A DNA stretch of 64,000 nucleotides from Paragordius varius (lineage: Eukaryota > Animalia > Nematomorpha). A program made the translations under genes and the position numbers. The notes under the pieces are model-generated. The model did no database searches, was not told where the DNA came from, and saw only the letters and a program-made list of their open reading frames with translations. This document shows, in pieces, positions 52,128 to 64,000 of the stretch; positions within the stretch are counted from its first letter, which is position 1; each line of letters starts with the position of its first letter. Location of the stretch: positions 4,092,001-4,156,000 of the forward strand of contig OZ176051.1 in the NCBI GenBank assembly GCA_964247055.1, given 5' to 3'.

Positions 52128-52767
52128 TCTATCATACGTATAGGATGTTAAAAAATATATGGATAATAAAACATTATATATTTATAAAAATGGAAAATGC
52201 TGGCTTTGGATCTGTTTCCGGAAAACCGGTAGACCCATTCAAATCCAAATATCGAAAAAATATAATAATTAATGAATGCTCCGACAATAGCTTCGCTTTT
52301 TTTTGAATTAGGCCCCCAGTTCGGGTCCACCCCGTGTAAAAAACGGGTTTTTTTTGAAAACAAAAGTCCACAAAAATCGTGTCTTTGAGACAATTTTCCG
52401 GAGAACGTGTTGGACCATTTTATTTCAAATATAATTTTTGTTTAGTTATTTTCGATTGCGCCGAACATAGTCGGCTCGCATTTTTAATTTAGGTCCTCTT
52501 TTTACCCGCTTTTTTTAAAAAACCAAGTCCACAAAAATAATTTTTGAATCTATTTTTCCCCAAGTAAACAATATATTAGCATGACGGCACCGTTTTAAAA
52601 TTTCTATAAGATCATAGCTATTAAATAATGTTTCGAAATAATTCACATAAGTGGATCATTTTATTGTCTGTTTTTTCAAATAGCCTACCCCCCCTCCCCC
52701 CCCCCCCCCCCCCCCATAAGTTCGAAGGACTTCCTCGGGCTGCGTAGCAGCACGAGATTTACGCTAG
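52128..52767 (+). mobile_element. Complete non-autonomous Helitron (640 bp) with leader-type 5' end
   Basis: a|TCTATCATACGTATAGGATG (matches the leader at window position 3) ... poly-C, AAGTTC-GAA-GGACTT, CTCGGGCTGC-GTA-GCAGCACGAG, ATTTACG-CTAG|t. Confidence 0.85.
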
Positions 52768-53728
52768 TAAAATATATTAATGATAAATAAACGCATTGAG
52801 ATTTTCATGGTGTTTTAGATTAATATTTAAACAAATATTTACTCTTTTGTGGTATTGCTCCATACAGAAATATCGCAAAATTTGCGCACCTTATGACAAA
52901 ATTTTTTTCGTGAAGTCAAAAAAATTTTTCATTAAATATTAGTAGAATATACACAAACTATATTAAAAAATCATAATAATTTATTTTTGGGTGTGTAAGC
53001 TCCAAATCACAAATTTTTGACCCTTTTAAAATGGATGAGTTTTTACAATAAAGGTGCAATTCTAATTTTAAAATATGCTGCTAGAAAAATCAATAAGTTG
53101 TTTAAAAATTTAATTTTTAGCAAAATTTTACTGAAGCGTATTTTAATTGAAGAATAGTGAAAACAGTAAGAACACATTTTTCATATATTTAGATGCTGCT
53201 GAAGATTCGCCTCAGTCTTTCGATTAAAACATTTATTCGCCTTAATTTTGACAGAGTTTTTGGAATGATACATTTTGATATGTTAGAGAGAGGAATATAA
53301 TTTTCATGGTTTTTAAATATAAATAAATTTTTAAAAGCTCTAAATATTTTTAATTAAAAATTGTTAACAAAATTCGTTAAAGGTTTAAAACAAGCAAATG
53401 GTATATGAAAACTATAATTTTTACAGAAAACAAATTTGCGGATTCTTTTCGTTTAATCAAAAAAATATTTCTATAAAATTTATTTATTACCAATATATTT
53501 TATTAGTATGAATATATATTTATAAGTAACATAAACAACCCATATATATATTATATTCACAAAATAGAGATATATAAGGTTTGGCAAATATATATATATA
53601 TAAATACAAAATTAGATAAGAAGCATAATGAATGGAAGATTTTTGGTATGAGTATATGGGAGTAAGAAATTAAAAAAATTAAAATTTAAAAACATAACAT
53701 AATTGATAGATATTGGCTAATCTTTTTC

Positions 53729-56700
53729 TTAACATTTCCTTGATATTTTACATGTTTGCCATACGATTTCTTTAACAATTATTGCATCGATTGTTGCAGT
53801 TAATTGCTTTGATGGGATTTCTGCAAACGCCTTGGATCCGGAATTATATCTTAAGGAGTAAAAAAATTAAATAATTTCAATTTTTAATAATACCGTCTTA
53901 AATAATTTATAATACAAAGGGTAATTTTATGACTTGTTAATTTTTTAAAATAGGTTTCAGTTTAGTAGGTACTTAAGCATTTAAACACGTAATTAAAATG
54001 GCAAAATTAGATAATTTCTAAAAACATGTCATCTAAATAAAATTTAATCCAATTAAACAAGTTTTAGGATGTAAAATTATTATAATAAATGAAGATAATT
54101 AGATTTTATAAATGTCAAGGAAGTTTTAACCTCAATGTTGTCCAAGTTTACCATATTTAATCAAAAACATTCGTTACAACATATAAATATACCATCATAT
54201 ACTAGTTATTTTAAACCAAAATAATTTATTTTCTATACATTATTTTTAAATTTTGCTCGAAATTTAAAATTTTTGTTGCCAAATCCACTTTTTCTAAATA
54301 AAATTATTTTTGGGTAATTTTTTTACTTATAAAAATGAGCAACAGTCGTATGATCCGCTATAAGTTTTTGAGGTCCCAACCCATGTATTTTAACGAGTTC
54401 AACGGCAAAACTACTGTTTATTGCATTTGCGATAGCTATACCATTGCTTCCATTACCCAGCGCATTAGTAGTATTAAGCGCATTGTTTCGCCTTGTGGAA
54501 AAGGTTTTGGATGAATCTGTATTATACAATAATTTATAAAAAAAAAAGTTAAATTATATTATGTCATGTTGCATTCAGAATCCTTTTATCGTTATGAATT
54601 TGCAAAAAAATCCCTACGATGACATCAATTTAATTTTTGAGCGAAATATACGATTGATAACACTAGTCGACAAATTTGGACATTTTTAAGCACCACCACT
54701 CAAACTTTTTAATTATGACTAATTTTAGTGTTTTAAAACCGAATTTGAAAAAAAATTTGATCCCGCCAATCAGAATTTTGAAATTTTATAGGTTTTTTAA
54801 TTTTTCAAAAACAAGAGAAAATCGAGAGAAAATTAAATATAATTTTATAATAAAATGTTATTATATTATAAACTTAATATCATTTAATAAAGCGTTTTAA
54901 ACTCTATCTTTTGAATATAAATATGTCATTTAAATATCAGAAAGAAAAAAATAGTAGGGACTTAAACGTCAAAATTTAGTCTTTTTTTTCAAGTGAATTT
55001 TTAACACATATAAAATTTTTTTAAAAAAATACTAAAAAAGGTATTCTATGGTTTAAACCTTCGGCTTTCAGATAGGCTATATTTTTTTTGTTAGATTTCG
55101 TTCTTTCAAGTACTTATTAGACTTTTTCTCTTGAGTTGGTTCTTATAAAAAATCCTTTATTTATACCTAGTGGATATACCTTATTTTTTTAAGATTATTG
55201 GTTGTTTTGTATTTTGAATTTCAGATGGATGTTGTGTAGCCACTTTTAGTAGAATTTACCGTTATGGGGTTGGACCATTTGTATTTACCTAATTTATATT
55301 CAATTTAATTGTAGAATTTATCTAACTTTATTCTGTAAATTGGTTAATTTGACATGTCAATTTGACTGGATTTTGCTTGCAAGTCTCTCTTATCGGACTT
55401 TCGATTACTTATTGTTATATTTGCCATATCTGGCATAATTATAGGATCGCTTGGGGGATATGCAGAGCTTGTGCAGCCGCCCATATCTATCACACTATAC
55501 ATAAGCCCCTTTTAGATTTTAATACTTTGACTCTTAACTTGTTTAGTATCTTATTTAATGCCTAGAATTTGTTATCCATGCATGGAATATTACTTGTATC
55601 GACTTGCTTGTTTGAATATTTAAACATATGTTCACGAGGAATGATTGTTATTTTTGAATTAAATACAAATTTAAAAATTAAATTTTGGAAAAATCCTATT
55701 GGTAGCCTCAATTTTCTTTTTTGTTTTGGCCTTTCCATGCCATTAGGTATCAGAAAATGCAAAAATAATGGAGTGGTGCAAAACCTTGTTGACTAGTGTA
55801 ATCAAATAAGCCATTGCATTCACTATAAATTGTTTCATAATATTCGATTTTATAGCATAGTATAAAATATTTTTGGAGTCGTTTTATATAAAACTTAAAT
55901 GAAGATATTTTGTAAGGCTGATTGTTTTCGTCTAATATGTTACACTTTATTTTATATTGTAATTGGTTTAAATATTAATTATAGCGAATTATAATGGATA
56001 AACTTGTAACTTGTCAATTAAGTGACTTTTTCATCCTTGCAATCTTAAATTATTATAAAATAAGGAGAAGGCAATGATTATCAGTCATACTTATAATATT
56101 TCATTAAAGATATTTATGCAAAATTTTAATTTCCAAAAAAACCTACTCGAATTAGTGGATGCAATCAGAGAATTGACTGATGAGGAAGAATGTTGAAATA
56201 TATTTGTTGTATCGCCCATAGGTCCTCCTCCTACATTTGCAATAAATGGTCCAATGTTGCTTGATGATGCAGGCGTCATCCTATGATAAAGTGCACGATA
56301 TTGCATTTGGCGATCACGAAACAGTATAATGAATTGACTTTGGTCACTTTTGTTTATTGCCTAGATAGAGTTGTTTAAAATTTAATATTATTCTGATAAA
56401 GATATAGAAAAAAGGATGTAAAGTATGTGCTAAATATTTATAATTGACACAGCAGAGAAAAAAATAAAATATAAAAACGGAAAGAAAACGGATTTTTGTA
56501 AAGAAATCCAATATATAACCTTATAAATAAGATTGTTAAATATAAAATTGAGTGCACCGTTACATCTCTATTCCTTTTGCGCAAACAAATAGGTTATATT
56601 CAACTACAAAAATTTAAATAAAAATGCGTTTATAGAAAAACATTAATCTTTAACTTTTTGTAAGTTCGTTTTTATATATTAATTTTTTCTTTATTAAACT

Positions 56701-57613
56701 ATTCCCACGCATTGCATAGTAGTAATTAACATTTCTATTCTACCCAAATATGAAATGTATGAAATAAAATAAAAGCAAAACCAATTTAAACAACCTCAAT
56801 AGCTTTCATTCTAATTTGAGCATTAACCATACCAGCTAAAACACTGTGAGTTAGCGCTTGTATAACTATGGCCCGATTATTTTTTTCCCCGTTAAAATTT
56901 GTGTAGGAGGGACCACCTCGACCATTTTCACCCAAAGAGTTTCCACCAGTAGGTATGGAATGAGTTGAAGAATATGTTGTAAAATTATTATTATTGCCAC
57001 TTTTGCTAATACTGCTGTTGATTATTTTCGTGTTCCCGTTTGCGAAAATGCCTAAAAGTGGGATAAAAAACACTTGAAACCCTTGAATCATTAATATATG
57101 AATCAAATAAATTCGAAATAATTACATTCAATAAAATATGGCCATATTTTCCATTAACAAACATTAGTAAAATAACCATAATTATAATCAAATAAAATGC
57201 TTAAAAAAGTATTATTAAACTTTATAGGGATAAATTTTCATTAAATTATTAAGTAAAAACGGGATATTTTCAAAGTACCGATAATAACCACAATTAATAT
57301 AAAACTCACCTTTGCAAGTGGAAGAGTTGTTAAATTTTTGGGTTTGGCTTCGATTAATTTTCGTCCCAAATTTTTTAGTATCACCCATTTCTGAATTATT
57401 ACTAAATATGATTATTAAATATTGATATATGTTATCTATCATTAATAAGGCAGAGAAAATTTATATTAAAGTAATATATATATAATTAAATAAATGCAGG
57501 AACAGTGAAAAATCCATATTTTCTATGCATCAAAATTAAATCAATTATATTATTCTTTAGCATATTCACTGGTGTCTAATTTGCTTGCTTAATTTGTTAA
57601 GTTAAAAAAAGAC

Positions 57614-57644
<31 letters not shown>

Positions 57645-59316
57645 AATATGATTTTAAATACCTTTCATTGTTCTTCATTTCTTGTTGTTCTAAACGTAGC
57701 AATTGACATAAATGATGAGTTGAACCGGTTGCAGAAATTTTGTTTAATTTTGAATTATTCGGCCTATCCCATGTTTTGTCTTCATCTAAGTATAAAAAAA
57801 GATGGGAACTAAAAGTATTTTGGGTAAAATACAAAACGATGTTTCAATTTTTTAAATTATTCCCCAAAAGTTTAAATATATAACCACAAAAATATTATAG
57901 TTTTTTTCTAAAACAGAGATATGAGTGAATTTATGTTGAAATATTACATGTTAAAATTGAAAAAATAAAAATGAATCGGTCATTCAAAACCGTTTTTAAA
58001 ATAATTTTTACTTAAAAAAATAATTTTAAATATTAATATTAAAACTATAAAAAACTTTAATAATGCACAATACATTAAATAGAGAATAAAATACCATTTT
58101 CTGTAATGTTACATAAACTATATTGTGATTTGGATGAAGATAAGGGTCTTTTTGTTAAGAAGCCAGTCTTTGCGGAAAATTTTCCATTATCAGTAAAATC
58201 TTTCTTAACTGATGGGTAGTCATTTAATTTATTTTTTATAGAGTTAGTTAAGTTGTAATCAACATTGTTTCGTTTCCTAAATTTTTGTTCAAATTTTATG
58301 GCATTATCAATGTTTGTCATTGGTGATGAAGGTGGTGTTGGAGAAATATTATTATTATTATTAATATTATTCTCATTGCGCAAACAATAGGTTGATTGTG
58401 ATAATTTAGATTTTGCAAATGTACGCCGTAATGAACTTTCTATCAATTTTATAATATATTAAAAATAAATAATACCATCTGAAAACTTGTTACATTATAT
58501 AATATCTGCAGAATTTAGAGATATTTAGTTAAGAATAAAAAACTAAAATGTTAATAGGCTAATTGCGAATCAATTTTAAAATTTAAACTTCATAAATTCT
58601 ATTCTTCAATAATTCGCCTTACCAATGATTTTATATCTAGCTGAATTCAAAAATATTTTTAAAATTCAAATTTTTAACTTTAAAAAAATGGACATATATT
58701 AATTTCATTCTATTCATTGAATAATGATTAATCTTGTAAATCATTTTATAGATATATAACCTGCATTTTGGTTCATTCTTTTGGTTTGGGAAGGCAGGGG
58801 TGGTAAATTTTGGAGTTTTTTGCTATTTCCAGCAATGCGTGTTGTTTCATTTTGTTTGCATGCACGTACAGATTTAAAAACTTTATTTTTTTCATAAATA
58901 CTCTCCTTATTTTTGCCATCGTAATATAAACTATCGGCGGCCTTATCGTCAATTTCATTGGTTTCCTTTTGATTTTTCCGATTTATAAAATGTTTTTCGA
59001 AAGACAGGAATTTGTTTTCATCGTTTGGCGTGGGATCTTTTTCATTGGATGAATTATTTTTCCAGGTAGTAGCTGATACATTAGAATGGATAGAATGGGA
59101 TTTATGCAGTGGAGAAACTAAAAACATTTTATAAGTAAAATTTAAACCAAAAAATTAAAATTTAGTAGAATATATTACACTAAAATAAAAAAAGGTTCAT
59201 CAAACTTTTTACTTCCCTGCATCCATAAATTTTATTAAGCTAATATACATTTTTATAGTGAAAAAATAATTTTTATATAATCATACAATAAAACAGACAG
59301 AATCAAAACTAAAAGT

Positions 59317-59386
<70 letters not shown>

Positions 59387-62300
59387 TTTTTACCATATTC
59401 AGTTATTGCTTTATGTAGGGCACTACTCTGGTTTGTATCAGCAATTTTTTTTTCCATATATTGCGCTAAAATAATTTGGCGTTTAAGCTTTTCATCCTCC
59501 TTTTTTTGTTCCATTTCAATTTGCTTTTTTCTACAAAAAAAATAATTATTATGAAAAATAATAATAAATGTTAATTTAATACTCTCACAATATTTTTTAC
59601 AAAGTCCCAAATAAATTAATATTCAAAAAATTCCTGCTCCACCCATTAATCTAGAATTCGATAAATGTGTTAAACACTTTTTACAAAATATTTTAATTTT
59701 AAAAAGTATTTTACAGCAATCGAATAAATTAATATATTTTTCCCGATTTAATAAAAATTAGTTATAAAGTAAACAATTTATTTTAACAAGAGCCAATATA
59801 TTAAATTTTTTAAATAATATTCCCTCCCCACATAGATAAACAGTAAAAATTGAAAATATACGGACAAAATCTAAAAATATAAAGACAACCACACTTTTTT
59901 AACCTTAATTTATCCTATAAAAAACATTTAATTATAGTCGTAAAATACACAATTGATGTTACCAATTCACATTTCTATATTATAATATGTAATTTAAAAC
60001 AATGAGTTATATTCAAATAAATCGATTAAAAAAAGTATGGTTGTCTTTTTGAAAAAAAATTTGTCTTTATATTTTCACGTTTTGTCCATATAATTTCAAT
60101 TTTTACTGTTTGTATATTTTAACCCATTTTCAAAATGTCAAATATAAAAAATTAATAGGAAAACTTTTGTTTTTCAGCGCGTTTCGCTGCCAATTCTTTT
60201 TTCTTGGCAACTTGGATTTCCCGTTTGGCTTGCCTTTCAATAACTTTGGCTATGACATTTTCTTTACGTTTCTTTATAGTTTCCTCCAAAAACTATACAT
60301 ATACATATATTATACGTAGACAATGCTTTATTTATCTTTTTTTCTAATTAATTTATATTCAAAAGAGTTTTGAAAACCAATAATCCTAACTATGGATAAA
60401 TACAAATAACGGAGTTTATATTATTATTAAATTTATTTCGAAATCCTACATTTTACTTATTCTTCAAAACGGTATATAAATTTAAAAGATGCTTCATTAC
60501 AATGTAAATTAAAAAAATATCAAAGTGTACTAGTTTGTGGCAAAAACGATTCTAGATATCAGGACAATTTAAAACCTACCTAACCTATCATATTTCTAAA
60601 ATTCCTACAGAATGAGCAAAAAAACATTTGAACAAATTCAAATTTATCATATTTTACACAAAATAACTATTCATCAAACTAAAAACAACAAATCATTTAA
60701 TTTATTGATATATCAAAATAAAAATAACCCCAAAATACATGTGCTTACTTCTTGATCTAATGCAGTTGTAACGTTAGATGCCACATTAACAGTTATGAGA
60801 GATTTATTATTATTAGTAGTTGCAAAAGGAGAGTGTGTAGGGGATGATGGTATAATACGTTGTTTGGCAGCTAAATCGCACACTGAACGACTGAGAGATA
60901 AACGCTTTCGAAAGATACTGGACTCTTCATTGTTGTCTTTATTGTTAATACTCGTGTTGTTTATATCTAATATCGACGACGCATCTAATATGGGTAAATA
61001 TATATGTAATAAATCATAAAATTTATTTTTTTAAAAGCAAAAATTAAAATTTTAATAGCGTTATTGAATTAAAGAAAATTTAAAAACCATCCATTTTAAT
61101 CAAGATATTTCTTTAAATATATAAATGTTAACTATAGCAATTTTAATATTCCTAAAAAAAGTATTAAACCATATTCATAAGAATTAAAACTGATCATAAT
61201 CGTGCTGCAATTTGATTAGAAACAATCTCTCATATTAATTCATAGAGAAAGAGATTATAAAAACTATACCGAATTTAACGTAATCAAAAGTTTACATACT
61301 TTGATCAATGAGACTGTTATTATTGTGCAAAGGAATGGTAAAACTCAAATTTTTAATTGATCGGGAAGGTGTCATAAAATTTTTCGGCTGTTTTAACTCA
61401 TTTTCTGCCAAGTATGGTAGGGGTGATGCATTTGATGGTATTGATGAATCTTCATTCATATGGTAACTAAAAAAATGAAATATATAAATTTCAGAATTTT
61501 TATAATTGTAATTTTAATGAATAATATCCCGAAAATTTGAGGCGAAAAATAATGTTGTTACTTTAACCAGTTTTATAATTAGTAATAAAGTGCCAAAAAA
61601 TGTATGTTATAAAACAAAAAACACTAGCAATTAATCGTAAAAAAATCAAAAAAATTCGAATTTCTTAATAATTTAGTATACAGGCTTATGTAATTTTAGT
61701 AAAAATTATTATAGCCCTATATTTTTGGAAAAATATCATTCCTAAGTTTGGTATATATAAATTTTATTTATAAAAAACAAGATATTCTAATAGTTTTGAG
61801 CTATAATAAATATTTTACGAATTAATTTCACAATTCCTTTCATTGGAATAGCCTGAGGTGGATTCATTGCTTTTGAGATTCTCCTCGTAGTTTGCATATT
61901 GATCATAGCCAAAATTCTATTATAATATTTATATGTGAAAAAATGATATAAATAAAATTATAGCTTAAGGGTTTAACGAAATTGCCAGTGGTTAAAAACA
62001 GTTTTATTTAAATATTCAAAATTATACTTAAAAAATTAAAGTTTTCAAAAACTTGCATAACTTTCAATAAATGCTAAAATTTAATAAATCTTATACTAAA
62101 AGAAAGAATGTTACATTAAATTTTGGTAAGCAAAGCAAAATCATTAATCACAGATTTTTAAATTAACCATCAAATAAAAACCAAAAATAGTCTCTAATTT
62201 CTTTTCATAACATTGAGCTTAAATATACCTCTCGTTTCTCTGGCTGACCCGAAAAATCAGGTATATTATGATTTTCGCTATTAAATTTTGCACCGTTTTT

Positions 62301-64000
62301 CTGTTTGTTTGCCGAAAGAGCTAGGAAAGATAATTGTTTTCTTACCTCTGTAATAGGCACGGGGGAATTTATTTTATTATAGCTATTAACATTATTATCG
62401 AAATTATGCATGATTTGTTCTTCACCATACGTAGCTATATGTATAAATTTTTCCCGATTATTTAAATTGTTGGCATTTTTAGCGTAATATGGAGTTTGTT
62501 TAGCGTAATTTATCAATTTTGATTTTACAAGCTGCTCAGAGCAGTTTTCATCTTCAGTCATAGTTGTGTTGTTAGAAAATGAAACATTGTTTTTATTGTT
62601 AATGATAATTTCTTCTTCTTGCTCTTGATTTATTTTACGGTTATCACGGTAATTGGCAAACATTTTGCCATTAGAGTTTTGTTTAAAGTTTGGTGTTTTG
62701 GCACTTGATTGAATGTTAGCTAATCTAAGGCAAAAATATATGGAAAATAAAAATAAATATATTATAGTTTTGGATAATTTAATAAAACAATTTTTTTAGA
62801 TAATAAATTGCAAAATTTTATCAATTTTCATCCAATACGAATTTTTAGAATTATTGTATAAGCTATAAAATTTCCATAAAAGTAGAGAATTAAACTGACC
62901 ATTTTCATTTAAATTTAATTGATAAATTCCTGTTTTCTTAATAAAAAACTATAAAACATTTAAAGAATTTTTTTATTTTACCCATCATTGTTATGACAAG
63001 TAGCACCTTGATACGGAGATTCATAATGGTGATCAGGTCGGGAGCCTAATATATTTATAAAAGGGGGAAATTAATTAATTTTATCATTTTGTTATATTTT
63101 TGCCCAAAATTTAGTTGAGTATTCCATTAAAAAATTGATAAAAACAAATCGAATCAATTAAGATTTAAAAATTTATAGAGTTTATTTAACAGTTAATCGG
63201 TTATAAAATAAGGAAACTTTAAAGTTTGTTGATAAATTATAAAAGCAAAATAAAAAGCATACTCATATTATCATTTCTGTTTGATGATGTCCTAATAGTT
63301 AATTGAGTTAATGATTTGGTCAAATTGTTGTCCCCATGATTAAGGGGTGTAGCCAACTTTGGCGAGGAAGACAGTATCAGATTGCTGGATAAGTCTCGCT
63401 TCAAATTATTCACACTTAATGGGAAATGTAAAATTTATAAAATTAATTTATGTTATATTTTATTACAAAATTTTTAATGAATTTTATTGAAACAGTATCG
63501 ATTCCGAATACTATTGTTAATTTTTCGCGCATTTTCATCGAACAAGACTTGTTCCATAAAAATTTTATTTCAAAAGCAAAAAATTTACAGTTAAAAAAGT
63601 TTTTCCATTGAAAATGTTTGTATTAAATCAAAAAAGTTGCATTCGAAGGAAAAATGTCTTGGTTAAAAAATTAAAAGTAGAAAAAAAACCATAAACACTT
63701 AATTATATTTCAAAAACAAATTTATAAGTTCTTTTGAATATTTGAATTGCCTTTACCTCATATTAGCTGGATTGTCATTAATGTTGACACTTTCTTTCCC
63801 TCCAAGTGTATAATTGGACTGCTGATGAAATGATAGAGGTTCATAGTAAGGTGTATTATTATGGTTATCATTACGGTTTTCATTAAAATTGTGTCTGTTA
63901 TTTATACGAGGGGGAGTTGAGGAGTTTGATTGTTCTGTATTTTGCTTAGATTGAACATTATAATTATTAGGTTTTAAGACAGATTTTTGCACTGCTACTG
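53729..64000 (-). CDS. CAMSAP: CAMSAP/Patronin microtubule minus-end binding protein, 3' portion (coiled-coil + CKK domain)
   Basis: 17 phase-consistent exons: >64000-63757, 63414-63263, 63045-62982, 62724-62229, 61916-61819, 61466-61300, 60984-60749, 60292-60165, 59530-59394, 59117-58761, 58439-58095, 57785-57662, 57401-57310, 57051-56795, 56360-56147, 54516-54327, 53849-53729. CKK motifs: NNRAIVIQALTHSVLAGMVN, FIILFRDRQMQYRALY, LVKIHGLGP, FYKYNSGSKAFAEIPSKQLTATIDAI...W. The coiled coil reads KRQIILAQYMEKK. Confidence 0.9.
59325..59384. repeat. (TA)n microsatellite, about 30 units, intronic
   Basis: Pure AT dinucleotide run beginning about 10 nt from the donor of CAMSAP exon 59530-59394. 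Smaller runs lie at about 49507-49530 and 57615-57640. Confidence 0.95.
59841..60108. mobile_element. Tc1/mariner-type MITE, same family as 11854-12153
   Basis: CAGTAAAAATTGAAAATATACGGACAAAA ... TTTTGTCCATATAATTTCAATTTTTACTG inverted ends. Confidence 0.75.

Noticed and set aside
55050-55800. Coding-looking intronic segment in CAMSAP (possible extra exon or retroelement relic)
   Set aside because: There are multiple stops in all frames and no identifiable RT, endonuclease or transposase motif. The CAMSAP exons splice in phase without it.

Overview
This is a very AT-rich, intron-containing eukaryotic (metazoan) genomic window, not prokaryotic. The organism cannot be identified from sequence alone, though the proteins look like those of a fast-evolving invertebrate. 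I reconstructed four protein-coding genes by hand from GT-AG boundaries and phase continuity. (1) A 24-exon + strand gene (7028-21998, 5' end missing) in which AT-hooks and ZNF512-like zinc fingers splice in frame into a GTF3C2/TFIIIC110-like WD40 region. (2) An intronless tandem-domain (D1+D2) protein tyrosine phosphatase on the - strand with no ectodomain or transmembrane helix, converging on gene 1. (3) A 4-exon COUP-TF/seven-up (NR2F) nuclear receptor of about 1650 aa, with a conserved DNA-binding domain and a very divergent, expanded hinge and LBD. (4) The 3' 17 exons of a CAMSAP/Patronin gene on the - strand, whose CKK domain carries an insertion of about 78 aa. The first 6.9 kb is a higher-order tandem array (7 monomers, 3545-bp period, about 2 copies) built from a non-autonomous Helitron family. 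That family has TC 5' ends and a 3' end of poly-C, twin hairpins and CTAG, and four dispersed copies lie elsewhere in the window. Other mobile DNA includes a tRNA-derived SINE (2 copies), a decayed mariner, and several MITEs (hAT-, Tc1/mariner- and piggyBac-like, plus one inserted in a TA microsatellite). No database searches were run; all family assignments rest on motif recognition.
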